Assembly: GCA_965178125.1 (NCBI GenBank)
Contig: OZ237745.1
Coordinates: forward strand, 1,116,001 to 1,180,000
Length of the DNA stretch: 64,000 nt
Reading direction: 5' to 3'
Origin: Bilabrum cf. latius
Lineage: Eukaryota
This document shows, one piece after another, positions 1 to 12,200 of this stretch; within the stretch, counting starts at the first letter, position 1; every line of letters starts with the position of its first letter. The position numbers and the translations under genes were made by a program. The notes beneath the pieces are model-generated. The model searched no databases. It had not been told where the DNA came from and was given only the letters and a program-made list of their open reading frames with translations.

Positions 1-2
1 AC

Positions 3-2471
3 GCCGAGGCGAGGCATCGATCGGAGCTGTTCGAGCTGCAGAAGCAAGTCACGCAGCAAGGGGACAGCCTGCGGGCCGCGAACCGCCGCCTGGCCCGCGC
101 GACGGCCGAGCGCCGAGAGGCGGAAGCCCGCGCGGAGGCTCTGCTGCGAGGCATCGAGCGGGTTTGCGTGGGCCTCGTAGCGCCATTTGATGAAGCTGCA
201 GAGAGAGGGGAGGGGCGCGGGGAGCTAGTCGGCCTACATGACAGCGTAGACCCGCGCAGCGCGGCTCTGCTGGAAGCAAGGAGGGTGCGTGACGAGCTGC
301 AGCGCACTGTCCTGGAGCTGCAAACAGAGTTGGTCCGGGCGCAGACGCAGGCACGGCCCGCACAGGGAACAAGCGGTGGAGGCCACAAGAAGCTGCAAGC
401 AAAGGCTCCCAAAGGCCAGGCTGCGGCGAGTGGAGGCGCAGACGAGGCCAGCGGCAGCGGCGGAGGTGAGGGCTAGGAGGGGCCCGGAGTAGGCGACAGC
501 GTGCTGCTGGACGACTCGCTCGCGGAGCTGCAGGCCCTGTGGCGTCGCAGGGCGCATCAGGCGCAGGCAGTCTCCAAGGGGGCACTCGCGCAGCTGGAGG
601 CAGCCAAGGGCGAGGCTGCGCGGTTCGCTGCAGCGGCGATGCTCGCGCACGACCGGCTGCGGCAGCTCGCGAGAGGGCGGATGCGGGCAGCAAACGTGAA
701 CGGTAGCGACGATGTGGACGGCGGCGGCGAGTCGGGGCATCGGGGCGGCAGGCGCAATGGGAGGGACGCCGACGATGATGGGGCCGGCATCGGGGACCGG
801 TCGGGCCCCGTGTCCCGAGCCTCCTCCCGGCGGTCCTCTGCCGGCGGCCGCAGTCGGAGCCGGGGCGGTCAGCAGAAAACCGGTGGTACCGAGGCTGGCA
901 AGTCCCACGGCCAGGGCTCCAGTGCTGCGCGAATGAAGTAGCAGGAGCAGCAGCAGCAGCAGGAGCAGAGGCGGTCTGCGCCGAGTGCATCGGCGGCAGC
1001 TGCTGGCCCAACTGACTCAGCCGTAGATCGGATTCAGAGCCTTGGCGCACAGGAACTTCCCGCCGGCACGCAGCATGACACCGAGCTGCTTGGCCCGGCC
1101 GCTGCTGGCCGTCCCGACTCTGCAAGCAAGGCAGGGGTCCAGGAGGAGGACGGGCCGAAGAGTAGTATCCATGTCTAGCAGCATGAAGTCACCAAGAGCT
1201 TGAGCTAGAGCGGAGGCCCCTCCCTTCGAAGCGCTGAAGGTGCTGACGGTGGGACAGATACTGACGGCACCAACAGCAGCCCCATCGGCAAAAATGACGA
1301 TGCGAGCGAATCTCCCAGCAGCAGCACCAGCGAAGGCGCCGACAGCCGCGGGGCGGTCAGCCTCCCAGCGACCATTGGCGGCCCAGGCGCTAGCGCATCG
1401 AGGACGCCCACACCCTTCACCACTTTCTCCAGACCCTCGTACCTCGACTTCGACTCTGGCCGCCGCATGGACCGCCGCGAGTCCTTGTCTAGAGACGAGT
1501 CAGGCATGGTAAGCCCCATGGACCTCGGTGGCGGCGGAAGGGGCGAGCAGGGCCCTGGGACACCGGGTGCAGTGGAAGGAGGAGGGGCGAGGGCAGGAAC
1601 ACCAAGTTTGCAGGCAGGCGCACAGGAGGAGGTGCCACGGATGAGTGCACTCAGGGGCATAGCATCCGCGGTGTCGAACTGTAAAAGCAGCTTGCCGCCA
1701 CAGGCGCAATTGGTGCAGCCAGCAGCCGGGGCACACTTGCCTGTGGCGGCGGCGCCGCGCCTGTCCCCGCGGTCTGCAGGCAGCCCAGGCAGCCCCGGCA
1801 GCCGCAGCACCAGCGCGCCCATCCGAATGGAGTCCCCCGAGGGATAGCTCGATTCGGATTCCGAGTCGCTTCCGGACGGAGGCGGTCCCCCGGGGGACTC
1901 CCCCGAGGGCCCCGTGGGCGAGACAGCCGTTGGTAGCAAGCAAGGATAGTACGTGTTCGCTGATGCAAGCGCGGGCGTCTAGGGGCCGGAGCATCCGCAC
2001 CACCAAGAAGACGAGAACGGTAGCGGCACCGGCGGCATCCCTCTCCGTGCCCTGGTGCGGCGTGTGCGGGAGGGCAGGCCTCAACCGCTACCGCTGACTT
2101 CGAGCAGCAGTAAACCTAGCAGTTCCACCGGCAGCAAGCATGCGGATAAGGGTCACTCCACGCCATCTCCAGGCACGCGGCGTCTGGTCAGCAGGGCGGC
2201 TGCTCACGAGGTCAGAAGCATCGTGGATCGCAGGCTGGCAGGCCCCGTTGGTGGCTCAAGCAACTACCCCAAGCAAGCGGAAGGAGATGCGGGGGCTGAT
2301 GGAGACAGTGCGGGGCAGTTTGTGCAGCCGGGGCACCTATCTAGTCCCATTCCAACCCCTGACTTGGGAGCAGTCCCCGTCTTGTCCCGGACCCTCGAGC
2401 GCAAGAAGATGCGTAGACGTGGGCGGCCTGCATCTACAGGATCCAAGATCAACAGGCCGCCTGGGCTGTAA
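3..2471 (+). CDS. 5'-truncated coiled-coil/low-complexity hypothetical protein (requires TAG=sense)
   Basis: ORF pieces 168-476, 501-941, 1467-1847 and 2055-2471 share one frame. They are broken only by TAG (474, 939, 1176, 1206, 1845, 1947, 1980) and end in TAA at 2469-2471. The TAG at 939 opens a CAG-rich Q/E tract. Confidence 0.7.
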
Positions 2472-2584
2472 CAGAAATAATGCTATTGTTTTTTAAGTAT
2501 GTTTTTTGCGGACCGGGATGCAAGATTCAGATCAGAGATTCGAGCGCAAAGGGGTGATTCTTCGAATTGTGCATTTGTCTTTCT

Positions 2585-2609
2585 TGGTGGTGTTTAATTG
2601 AACACCGGG
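2585..2609 (-). terminator. Histone 3' stem-loop element (H4 copy 1)
   Basis: CCCGGTGTTCAATTAAACACCACCA on the minus strand, ~50 nt after the H4 stop; identical in all 12 histone genes. Confidence 0.8.
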
Positions 2610-2658
2610 TTGAGGTTTGGTTTGCTTGAAAGCTGCTTTCGCGCATTCAAGTGGCTGC

Positions 2659-3654
<996 letters not shown>

Positions 3655-3730
3655 GCGTCCGGCTGATGTTCGATCTGTCGGTCCGCCGGTCGGGCTGGCA
3701 GGCGTTCAAACGCAACCACCAAACCACAAC

Positions 3731-3755
3731 CCCGGTGTTCAATTAAACACCACCA
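3731..3755 (+). terminator. Histone 3' stem-loop element (H3 copy 1)
   Basis: Same 25-mer CCCGGTGTTCAATTAAACACCACCA downstream of the H3 stop. Confidence 0.8.
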
Positions 3756-3951
3756 TCGATGCAATCAATCACCAAATCGACTAATGTGAATCCAAGACTA
3801 CCTGAGATAGCATGAGTCTAGTCGGTATTATCCCAAGAACGATCAAAACAAATTTTGGTGCCCAAGCAAAACATGCGCTCAGAGAGAATAGAGATTAAGC
3901 CAGAATTGTGCTTGTAGACAATGTAGGCGTGAATAGTTCGCGATTGTTATC

Positions 3952-3976
3952 TGGTGGTGTTTAATTGAACACCGGG
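3952..3976 (-). terminator. Histone 3' stem-loop element (H2B copy 1)
   Basis: Same 25-mer on the minus strand downstream of the H2B stop. Confidence 0.8.
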
Positions 3977-4060
3977 GTATTGGTTGTGTTTGGGCAGGGC
4001 TCCGTGTATGCGCAGCGATTGGCTGCGCATCCGTCGTCCACCCAGCTGCCGTCAGGCTAT

Positions 4061-4411
4061 TCACTGGGAGAACTTAGTCACGGCCTTGGTGCCCTCAGAC
4101 ACGGCGTGCTTTGCCAGCTCGCCGGGCAGCACCAGGCGCACGGCGGTCTGCACCTCGCGGCTCGACAGCGTGGCCTTCTTGTTGTACTGGCCCAGGCGGG
4201 CAGCCTCGGTGCACACGCGCTCGAAGATGTCGTTGATGAACGAGTTCATGATGCTCATGCCCTTCTTGGAGATGCCCACCTCGGGGTGCACCTGCTTCAG
4301 CACGCGGTAGATGTACGTGGCGTACGACTCCACACGGCGCTTCCTCTTGCCTCCGGTGGAAGCTGCCTTCTTGGAGGCCTTGCCGGACTTCTTGGACGGG
4401 GTCTTGGGCAT
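4061..4411 (-). CDS. H2B: Histone H2B
   Basis: [16 protein letters not shown]...[32 protein letters not shown], 116 aa, TGA stop. Confidence 0.99.
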   Translation of the reverse strand: MPKTPSKKSGKASKKAASTGGKRKRRVESYATYIYRVLKQVHPEVGISKKGMSIMNSFINDIFERVCTEAARLGQYNKKATLSSREVQTAVRLVLPGELAKHAVSEGTKAVTKFSQ

Positions 4412-4709
4412 CTTGGTTCTTTTCTTGTTGCTTTGGAATGAAGAGGGACCGGCAGGGCAAACGACCGTGGATGTCAGTTTGAGTTGGTTGATGCATGCAC
4501 CTGTTCTGGCTGTGTTGATGTATCATGCATTGTAGCATACATGCAGATGCACATGTATGGACTGCATGACACACACGTACCCACGATGCATGCAATCCGG
4601 GTCCATCGATGCATGCAAGTTGCGCACCATGCGCGGCGCCAAACGGCAATCCAACAGCTGCGGCTCGATCCACCTGAACCTCATTCCAAAGCAACACAAA
4701 CAAAACAAC
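4412..4709. promoter_or_regulatory. Bidirectional H2B/H2A promoter
   Basis: Divergent spacer with TCATTCCAA at 4433-4441 (minus) and 4681-4689 (plus). GCAGATGCACAT and CATGCAATCCG are shared with the H4/H3 spacer. Confidence 0.75.
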
Positions 4710-5096
4710 ATGTCTGGCAAAGGAAAGGGTGGCCGTGGCAAGTCCTCTGGCAAGTCTGTCTCTCGGTCTGAGAAGGCCGGTCTGCAGTTCCCCGTGGGCC
4801 GTGTGGCCCGCTACATGCGCAACCAGCGCGTGGCCCAGCGCATCGGCTCTGGCGCCCCCGTGTACATGGCGGCTGTGCTTGAGTACCTCGCCGCTGAGGT
4901 GCTCGAGCTGGCCGGCCAGGCCGCTCGCGACAACAAGAAGGCGCGCATCATCCCCCGGCACATCCAGCTGGCGGTGCGCAACGACGAGGAGCTCAACAAG
5001 CTGTTCGGCAGCGTGACCATCGCTTCCGGCGGTGTGCTCCCCAACATCCACCAGGTGCTCCTGCCCAAGACCAAGGGCAAGAAGGGCGGCAAGTAA
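4710..5096 (+). CDS. H2A: Histone H2A
   Basis: [15 protein letters not shown]...[21 protein letters not shown]...GGVLPNIH, 128 aa; ATG at 4710, TAA stop. Confidence 0.99.
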   Translation: MSGKGKGGRGKSSGKSVSRSEKAGLQFPVGRVARYMRNQRVAQRIGSGAPVYMAAVLEYLAAEVLELAGQAARDNKKARIIPRHIQLAVRNDEELNKLFGSVTIASGGVLPNIHQVLLPKTKGKKGGK

Positions 5097-5145
5097 GCAC
5101 CCTATCCTGGCGCACGAAGCCTGCAACAAGCTGGCAACGCAAAAT

Positions 5146-5170
5146 CCCGGTGTTCAATTAAACACCACCA
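5146..5170 (+). terminator. Histone 3' stem-loop element (H2A copy 1)
   Basis: Same 25-mer downstream of the H2A stop. Confidence 0.8.
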
Positions 5171-5407
5171 TGTAGCACAGCTTATCCCACTATAGACGAC
5201 AAAAATGTGTGCTAACTGAAGATTTCCAACTGGAGTTATTATTTGTGCTTAATTCAGCTGCGGTCTTGGTAGAATTCAGCGTAATAAAACTGTCACAATT
5301 GAGCCAAAACGAGATTGGCCAAACACATGATCACCGCCACTGCGTTGGCAGGCAATCGGCATTGCTTGCTTTGTCTGAGCCCTGCCATTTTGAAGCGGCA
5401 TGGTATC

Positions 5408-6007
5408 TCAGCCGCGTAATCCGGCGCCACCCTTGGCCGTTGGCGGGTTCGCCGAGGGGTGAACGTCTGAGAACGCGGGCTCAGTCACGTCCTTTGGCAC
5501 GCCGCTGCGAGACTTGTTCTTGCTGCTCCCGCTTGCGCAGCAGCCGGTCCGGTACACGACCACGCCGATCGTCACGGCGACCAGGCACAGCAGGCCGATG
5601 GTGAGAAGGGAAATCGCGGCGCCGGTGAAGTCGTCGTCATCTTCATCGATGTCATCGTCCACAGAGGGCCGGGCCCCCACCTGGGACCTCTCGGGGTCCA
5701 CGACGACCGCACCTGGGACGAAGGTCTCGGTGCGGATGGCCAAGGACAGCACCGGGTCAGCGGCAATTCGCGCGGCCAGCTGCCCGGACTCGACCACGCG
5801 CACGGATTCCTGGTACAGGGCAGCCCCCTCTGCCTCGGAGTCCACCGTGATTTGGGTGTCCACTGCCACGCTGGTATCGGCCTGTAGCGCCCTGGCGCCG
5901 TCGCGGAGTGCCCTCCGGTTGTCGTCGAGGATGGTATGGAACACAGCGCGGCGGTCGTCTCCACCCACCACGCCCAAGAGCTCCATCAGGATGTCGGCGA
6001 ACGCCAC
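5408..6007 (-). CDS. C-terminal part of a single-pass membrane protein; 5' exons unresolved
   Basis: Acidic stretch, then hydrophobic AAISLLTIGLLCLVAVTIGVVVY followed by a basic/Cys tail; TGA stop. The frame is closed just upstream, so an intron or frameshift is needed. Confidence 0.55.
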   Translation of the reverse strand: MAFADILMELLGVVGGDDRRAVFHTILDDNRRALRDGARALQADTSVAVDTQITVDSEAEGAALYQESVRVVESGQLAARIAADPVLSLAIRTETFVPGAVVVDPERSQVGARPSVDDDIDEDDDDFTGAAISLLTIGLLCLVAVTIGVVVYRTGCCASGSSKNKSRSGVPKDVTEPAFSDVHPSANPPTAKGGAGLRG

Positions 6008-6869
6008 GGACTCCTTGAAACGCGATCCTTGCGTTCACCCACGTCTGAGTATCCACTCTGCCGCAGTTCAGCAACAACCTTCGCTCAAGATCAACCAAGG
6101 CACAGGCTTGCGTGCATTGCCAAGCATAACCCGGGCCTCGGGGACAACTGGGTCGGTACACGCGTTCCGAGCAGAATCTCGGGATCGAGGCATCCTAACG
6201 GATTCAACATGGTGCCTGATTGATTCAAATCACACATTTGAACATATCTTATGAGTCCATCAGTGGCATTTCGCAAAAAGCGAACATAAAACTCGTCCAA
6301 TCTCTCTAGAGAAACGTCACGTGGACATCACGGCAAGCCAATCGGGTGCAGAGAGGCCAAGCAGCACAGTTTCAAGGCAAAATATAGCATCCCATAAACG
6401 AATGTGGGGTGCACTGGTGGTATTTGACCGGGTACGCTGCAAGTACACTCGAAATTCTCCTATACCATGCCGTCAACGTCGTTCCCGTGAGGAGTACACG
6501 CTACGATTGCATACAGGCCAAAGTTAGAGCCTAATAGGCATGCAACACTTCTTACATTGTCTTTACGAACTTGTGGACCACGTCCAAGAAGCGTTACTAC
6601 ACCGAAGGTGCCAGTAATGTGGCAAGACCGCGGGACAGACCAGGAATTTCGTTCGAGTCGCTTGCGATCACTGGCAACTGCGAAAAAAGTTCGTTCTCGA
6701 CGGAACCGAAGGCTGCGCGGCCTGCAGAAGGCATCCGAAGCCTGGATCGAGATGATTCCTGCCGCGTATGACAGAATAATTATTCTCCCCATTTTGTTCG
6801 GCATCCTAAAAACGCCGATAGCAACAGAGTTGCCTCACACTGTAGATCTGCTGGACTCCGCGGTCCAAC

Positions 6870-8675
6870 TCACCGCCCCCGCGCAAACCGAAGCGAGCGG
6901 TCCCCTTCGTCCTCGCTCACCAGCGTCGGCTTGCTCACTCGCCGAGCAGAACCAGCACCACCCCCTCCTACCACTACCCCTCCCCCTCGACTCGTCACAC
7001 TGCCGCTGCCCACGCTAAAGTCCCTCCCCGACGACTCGGCCGTCAGCGCATAGGGGGGCTCGTACCCGACACCCCCGCCGCTGCTGGTGCCGCCGCTCGC
7101 GAACCGCCCGCCGTCTCCGTAGTTCCGGTTAGGTGCCAGCGCGGACCCGGCCTCCTCCAGATCCGAGTCCGCGTGTGCGTTCGCAAACATGAGCTGCTGG
7201 GGGTCCAGGCCCCCGTCTGGGCCCGCGGCGCCCGGGACGACCGGCGGCTCCGCCATGCCGTCCACGTCGGTGTGCGCATGCAGCAGCGCGAAAATTGCGC
7301 CCCCCAGCACGGACCCGGCCAGCTCAGCGATCCAGTACACCCACATCCACCTCCCGCTCTTCTCTCCGTTGGCAAGCGCCGCGGACGCCACGCCCGTGGC
7401 CATGGCGGGGTTGAAGTAGCCTCCGCTGCCGGCCCCGTTCGGGCCCGCCATGTACCTGCCGATGGCATAGACCATCCCTATGGCAAGGCCGTGATACGAC
7501 GCCTGGTGCCCCTGCCGCTGCCCTGGGGTCTCCCACACGTCCATGATCTGCGTGGTGCAGGCCCACACCGTGTACACCAGCATGGCCGTCCAAACGAACT
7601 CGAACACGCCCGCCCCCGCCGGCCCGTGGCTGCCCTCGGGACCCCCGAACTTGACGTCACCCTGCAGTACCAGCGCCGCGAAGCCCGCCAGCACCGCCCC
7701 GACGACCTGCGCCAGGCTGACGATGGCCGTCTTCCAGGCGTCCGCGATGTAGCCGAACCGGGTGAGGAGCCCGAAGGACACCGCGGGGTTGTAATCGCCC
7801 CCGCACATGTGGTCCCCCATGTGAACCATGGCAGTGACCATGGCCCCCACCGCCAGGGGGTGTCCCCCCAGCGCCGCCACCAGCGTGATGAAGAACGCCC
7901 CGATCATCTCCACCAGGGGCACGCGGAGGCTCAGCCGCCGGTCCCCCTCGTCCTGGGGCACCGTGCCTCCCTGTGCCTCGGCCTCGGCCTGCCTCAGCTC
8001 CAGCGCCTTGGACTCTTCCTGTTCCTTCTGGTACATGAACATGAGCCAAGAGGAGAGCACCCCGCTGAGGATGCCCCCGATGGGGGGACCCACCCAGTAG
8101 ACCCACACGTCGCCCATCGAGCCGCCGTTGAAGAGCGCGGCCAGGTCCCGGCCGGTGCCTACCGCGGAATTGAAGCACCCGCCGGAAATACCCCCGGCGG
8201 CACTGACTCCCGCGAGCAGCGACGAGCCGATGGCAATCCCCGTGTAGCTGTTCGGCTCGAGCTGGTTCTGGTGAGACACCTGCTGCACCACCAGAGACAG
8301 CGAAAAAGCGAACAGGCCCTCCACGAAAACCGCGCTGATGTTGGGATGGCTTAGCTTCGGGTTCGGCTGGAACTCGGATATGTTGCTAGCTCCAGCCACA
8401 GCATACGAGAGCAACGCGCCTACCGTCCCGCCAAGCACCTGGACGAGAATGTACAGAAAGCACATCACGGCTGTCATGCGACCGGCAGCCAGCATGCTAA
8501 GGGATACAGTAGGGTTATAATGTGCGCCGCAAATGTGGTCGAACGCGTACACGATAACCATAAGAGTGAGTCCGGCCGCCAGATACGTATCGTCCGGGCT
8601 CAGGCAGATCGCCATCGTCAAGATCATAGTTCCAAGAAACTCAGCTACCAGTGCCTGCGTTGCTCGAGGCATCAT
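6870..8675 (-). CDS. Tandem (double) MIP/aquaporin family channel
   Basis: 601-aa intact ORF with two MIP units: AEFLGT...GAHYNPTVS...GGCFNSAVG...WVYWVGP, then VEMIGAF...GGDYNPAVS...GGYFNPAMA...WVYWIAE; TGA stop. Confidence 0.92.
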   Translation of the reverse strand: MMPRATQALVAEFLGTMILTMAICLSPDDTYLAAGLTLMVIVYAFDHICGAHYNPTVSLSMLAAGRMTAVMCFLYILVQVLGGTVGALLSYAVAGASNISEFQPNPKLSHPNISAVFVEGLFAFSLSLVVQQVSHQNQLEPNSYTGIAIGSSLLAGVSAAGGISGGCFNSAVGTGRDLAALFNGGSMGDVWVYWVGPPIGGILSGVLSSWLMFMYQKEQEESKALELRQAEAEAQGGTVPQDEGDRRLSLRVPLVEMIGAFFITLVAALGGHPLAVGAMVTAMVHMGDHMCGGDYNPAVSFGLLTRFGYIADAWKTAIVSLAQVVGAVLAGFAALVLQGDVKFGGPEGSHGPAGAGVFEFVWTAMLVYTVWACTTQIMDVWETPGQRQGHQASYHGLAIGMVYAIGRYMAGPNGAGSGGYFNPAMATGVASAALANGEKSGRWMWVYWIAELAGSVLGGAIFALLHAHTDVDGMAEPPVVPGAAGPDGGLDPQQLMFANAHADSDLEEAGSALAPNRNYGDGGRFASGGTSSGGGVGYEPPYALTAESSGRDFSVGSGSVTSRGGGVVVGGGGAGSARRVSKPTLVSEDEGDRSLRFARGR

Positions 8676-9282
8676 ACATCAAGATATCCAAGGTGCAATT
8701 CTCCGCCTGGTCGGGATAAAGCATGGGTGCGATGCCACATTGGTCCGGCAAAACGGGCGACGCACTGCAACTACCAACCACGCTGCCTCACCTGCACGAC
8801 TCTGACTTGCGCCTTTGCTCGCTTCACTTCCTCAAACTAGGCTATTTGTTCTTCTCTTATATCATCGTAATAATTGTCCATGGCTGACTAATAGTCCGAT
8901 CGGACGCGGGCTTTCAACTGCCAAATAGTCCGTCTGCAACCTCACAAACCACTGCACGTTACAATATCCGGGTTTTGTTGCATGTGACGAGGAGAAATCG
9001 TCCACCGAACTACTGCTCGCCGTAGCTCGCATCTAGAGGCTTTTGCTGCTATTTGTCCCTCTGAAGTCGCTAACACGTCCTTTATAATTGTCGATCAGGC
9101 AGTAACGTCTGAAATTATACTTAGTTTGGCAGGAAGGGGGCTAATGCCAAGGGTCACTAGTTGAATTTTTGCGGACGAGTGCATCGAACGGCATTCACTT
9201 TAGTTCTCTAGCTGGTGCATCCTATTACTTACCGGATTGATTTGCATCGAGAGGGGCAAGCTAGTGCCGAGATTCCTGTCTC

Positions 9283-12200
9283 ATGTCTAGTAGGCCGTCA
9301 AAGTACTTTTAGCGAGCGCGGAGGGGAGCAAGGACGTCTCAGAGACCAGACGCCGGCAATTCTGCAACTAACGCAAGACTTGGGTCCAACTTAAAGCATG
9401 TATCATCAGTTTCACGCGGGGCGTCGGCCAGTGGAGCTTCTGGCAGCCCTAGCGGAGCGCTGCGGCCTGCCCATTTGAATGGGCGGATCCGAGATCTAGC
9501 GGGAGCCTCGCCGGCGGCAGCAGGTCCGGCGGTTTCATTTGTGCGGGAGCAACGCGTGGATATTGTCTCGCACCGGAGCCCTTCGCTGCCAGGGACCGGA
9601 TCGGCTGCGCCCAGACTGCCTGCCACTGTGTCACTGCCCGCTGCCCGCTCCAAATCCTCATCGAGGACCAGACTCAGCGCAGCGAGCAGCTCCGGGCCGG
9701 CCGGGTCCGATGGTATGCATGAGTCCTCGGGGACCCCTTCTGCGCTTAGCCAAGGGGCCTGCGCCCCCTCGGGGGGTGGCATCTTGCGGTCGCCAGGGCT
9801 CCCCAAGCGCGACCTCCGCGTTCGGTTTGCCGTGAGTGGAGTGGGTTGGACGCGGGATTGGGGCTGGGTAGCGCCCCTTGCTTTGCGACTGCCGCGCCCC
9901 TCGCTTGATTTGTCGCCGTTCAGCCGCTCGCTTGGCGCAAGTCTGCCCTTCCCTGACCCGCACCTCCCCAAAGTAGTCATGCTTCACGTTCGTTTCCCCT
10001 TTACACCGCAGGAGAGCGTCACGATCACCTCGGTGGACTCCCGCACGCCCACTAGGGATAGGAACAGGGGCGCTGGGGGGGTGTCGTCGTCGAGGTCCAG
10101 GACGGGGACGGCACGCATCGCGCCCCCTGCTGAGGACGGTGGCAGGGGCAAGCCGGGCAGCAGCAGCAGCAGCAGCAGCAAGGGAGGCATCCCGCGAACA
10201 AGAATCGGAGCCGGCGGGGGTGCTAGCAGAGCTAGCAGCGCCCAGCGACGCGCCGACGCAGCCGCTGACCTGGCCTCGCAGCAGGACGTGGAGGCGCTCT
10301 TCGCCGAGGCGAGGCCGCCCGTGCTGGCGACGCCTAGGCCCAGGCTAGCTGTTCTGGGCGGCAATGGCCCTCGCCTGGGCTCTGGCCATGGTAGCAGTGG
10401 TGCCAGTCGCAGCGCAGGTGCGGGATCAGCGTCCAGCAGCAGGGCTGGGGGCGGGTACTCGGGACCTGCTGCTGGAGAGCATCATCCTAGCAAGAAGCTA
10501 TCTCCGGGAGACCCCAGTATGGGAGGCCAGAGCCAGAGCAGGAGCAGGAGCAGGGGCAGCAAAAGAACGCAGGGTCGAGGAGGCAGGCTGCTGAGTGCGG
10601 CCCGACAGGCCGCGAACGCGTGGACAGGCGCAGGCGCAGATGCTTAGCCTCACAGCGTCACTGCTGCAGAAGCGCAGGATGATGCTAGCCCCCGTGCGCA
10701 GGCCAGAGGCACCACTTCGGCTTCGGCTCGGATGCAGCGAGAGCTCGGGTCGTCTTCCCCGAGCGCATGGGATCCCCAGGACAGCCCGGACCACGGCACG
10801 CGCGGAGGAAGAGGCAGACCAGCGCCCACTGCCTCTGCGGCGGGTGCGGGCCGCCGGGCACGCGGTGGTGCGCGCGGGACGAAGCTGTTCGCTGCCGCCG
10901 GTGGACAGCTAAGCCGTGATCTCGCCTTGACCGACGGCTAGCCGCAAGGGCAAGGGCTGCAGATCAGCAGCGCGTCCTCTGGGCAGGCGGCACAGCGCAC
11001 CGGCACAGGTGGTCCTAGGTCTGGCGGCCTCGTGGCCGGCTTGGACGACCTCAGCAGCCCTTCGAGTGCCATCAGCCAAGAAAGCGCCTCTTCTCTTGAA
11101 GGCAGCGCTGACATGGCCTCTCCGAAGCGGGCTAGCCCCGTCTTGACCGAGGACGCAAGCTAGCGGAGGCAGAGGTCGCCAAGGAAGCGGTCCCCCGGCC
11201 TCGCTTCCATCGTGTCGGCGGGGTCCTCTTCCAGCGCCGCCTCCTCGCCCGCATCGTTGGCGGGATGGGGAGACAGCGCGGCGGAGCCCGGCGCTTCCAC
11301 AGGATCAACCCGCGATGCGCCGTCGCCTCGGCGTGCGCAAGACAAGGGAAGCAGCAGCAGTAGCAAGGCAAGGCGGCGGCGGCAGCTGTCACCACAGGAT
11401 CTGTCGCCAACGAGCAGCGATGCAGATGCACCAAGCAGTGCTGACGCGGCCACTGCTCGGCGGCAGGCAAGACGCCACCGTGCTCTGGCTCGCGCGAGGC
11501 TGGAACAGGGGTAGGTGCAGGGGCAAGGTGGCCCAGCTTCAGGACAAAGCCAGACACCACCTCCTGCATCGTCTTTGCCACTGACTGCCCGCTAGAGGAG
11601 CCGAGCCGTGCCCCAGTCCCAGTCTCCATCGCAACGAGCAGCGCCCCCCTCGTCATCTGACGGCTCGGGGCCCAGCTCCAGGACATAGCTTGGCTTGGGC
11701 TCCCCGCAGCGCCCGAGGAATCTGCTCGCCGCTCTCGATCGAGAGGCAGCTGCGCCACGGCGACAACTGGGGGAGTCCAGAAAACGACATGAATCCGCTG
11801 CTACCAACGAGGCGCTAGAAGCCATGCAGCAGCGTCTCAGTACGAGCAGCGCCGCGGCTGCGCTAGCATGCTGGACAGGGCACGCGCACGCCTTGAGTGC
11901 TGGGATATTGGGGGCTGTGCCAGCCAGGGCGCACATGCAGCCGTGTAAAGTAGTCCGGCTGCGCTGCACCGAAACAGGCCACCCAGCGGAGCACTTCGCA
12001 GCAGTGGAGGCATCCATGGAGTGCGCAAGGGCGTTGGACTTCTGCCCGTCACGCAGTGCGCTCGCAGACTACCGATATGCTGCAGATTCGAGCGGGCCGA
12101 TCGACGGGACAGCTGAAGTGGCCCCTCCCACACCAGCCCAAGCGGCAGCCAGTGCTGCGTGGATCGATATTTCGTCTGAGGACGGCAGCGAGACCGGCCA

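Noticed and set aside
4095-5129. Long antisense and alternative-frame ORFs (e.g. 4095-5129, 29760-32006, 57875-59290)
   Set aside because: Shadow ORFs expected at high GC opposite real genes; no domain-like content.
6008-6804. Upstream exons or a frameshift for the 5408-6007 membrane protein
   Set aside because: Several Cys-containing frames are plausible, but I could not build a consistent splice model.
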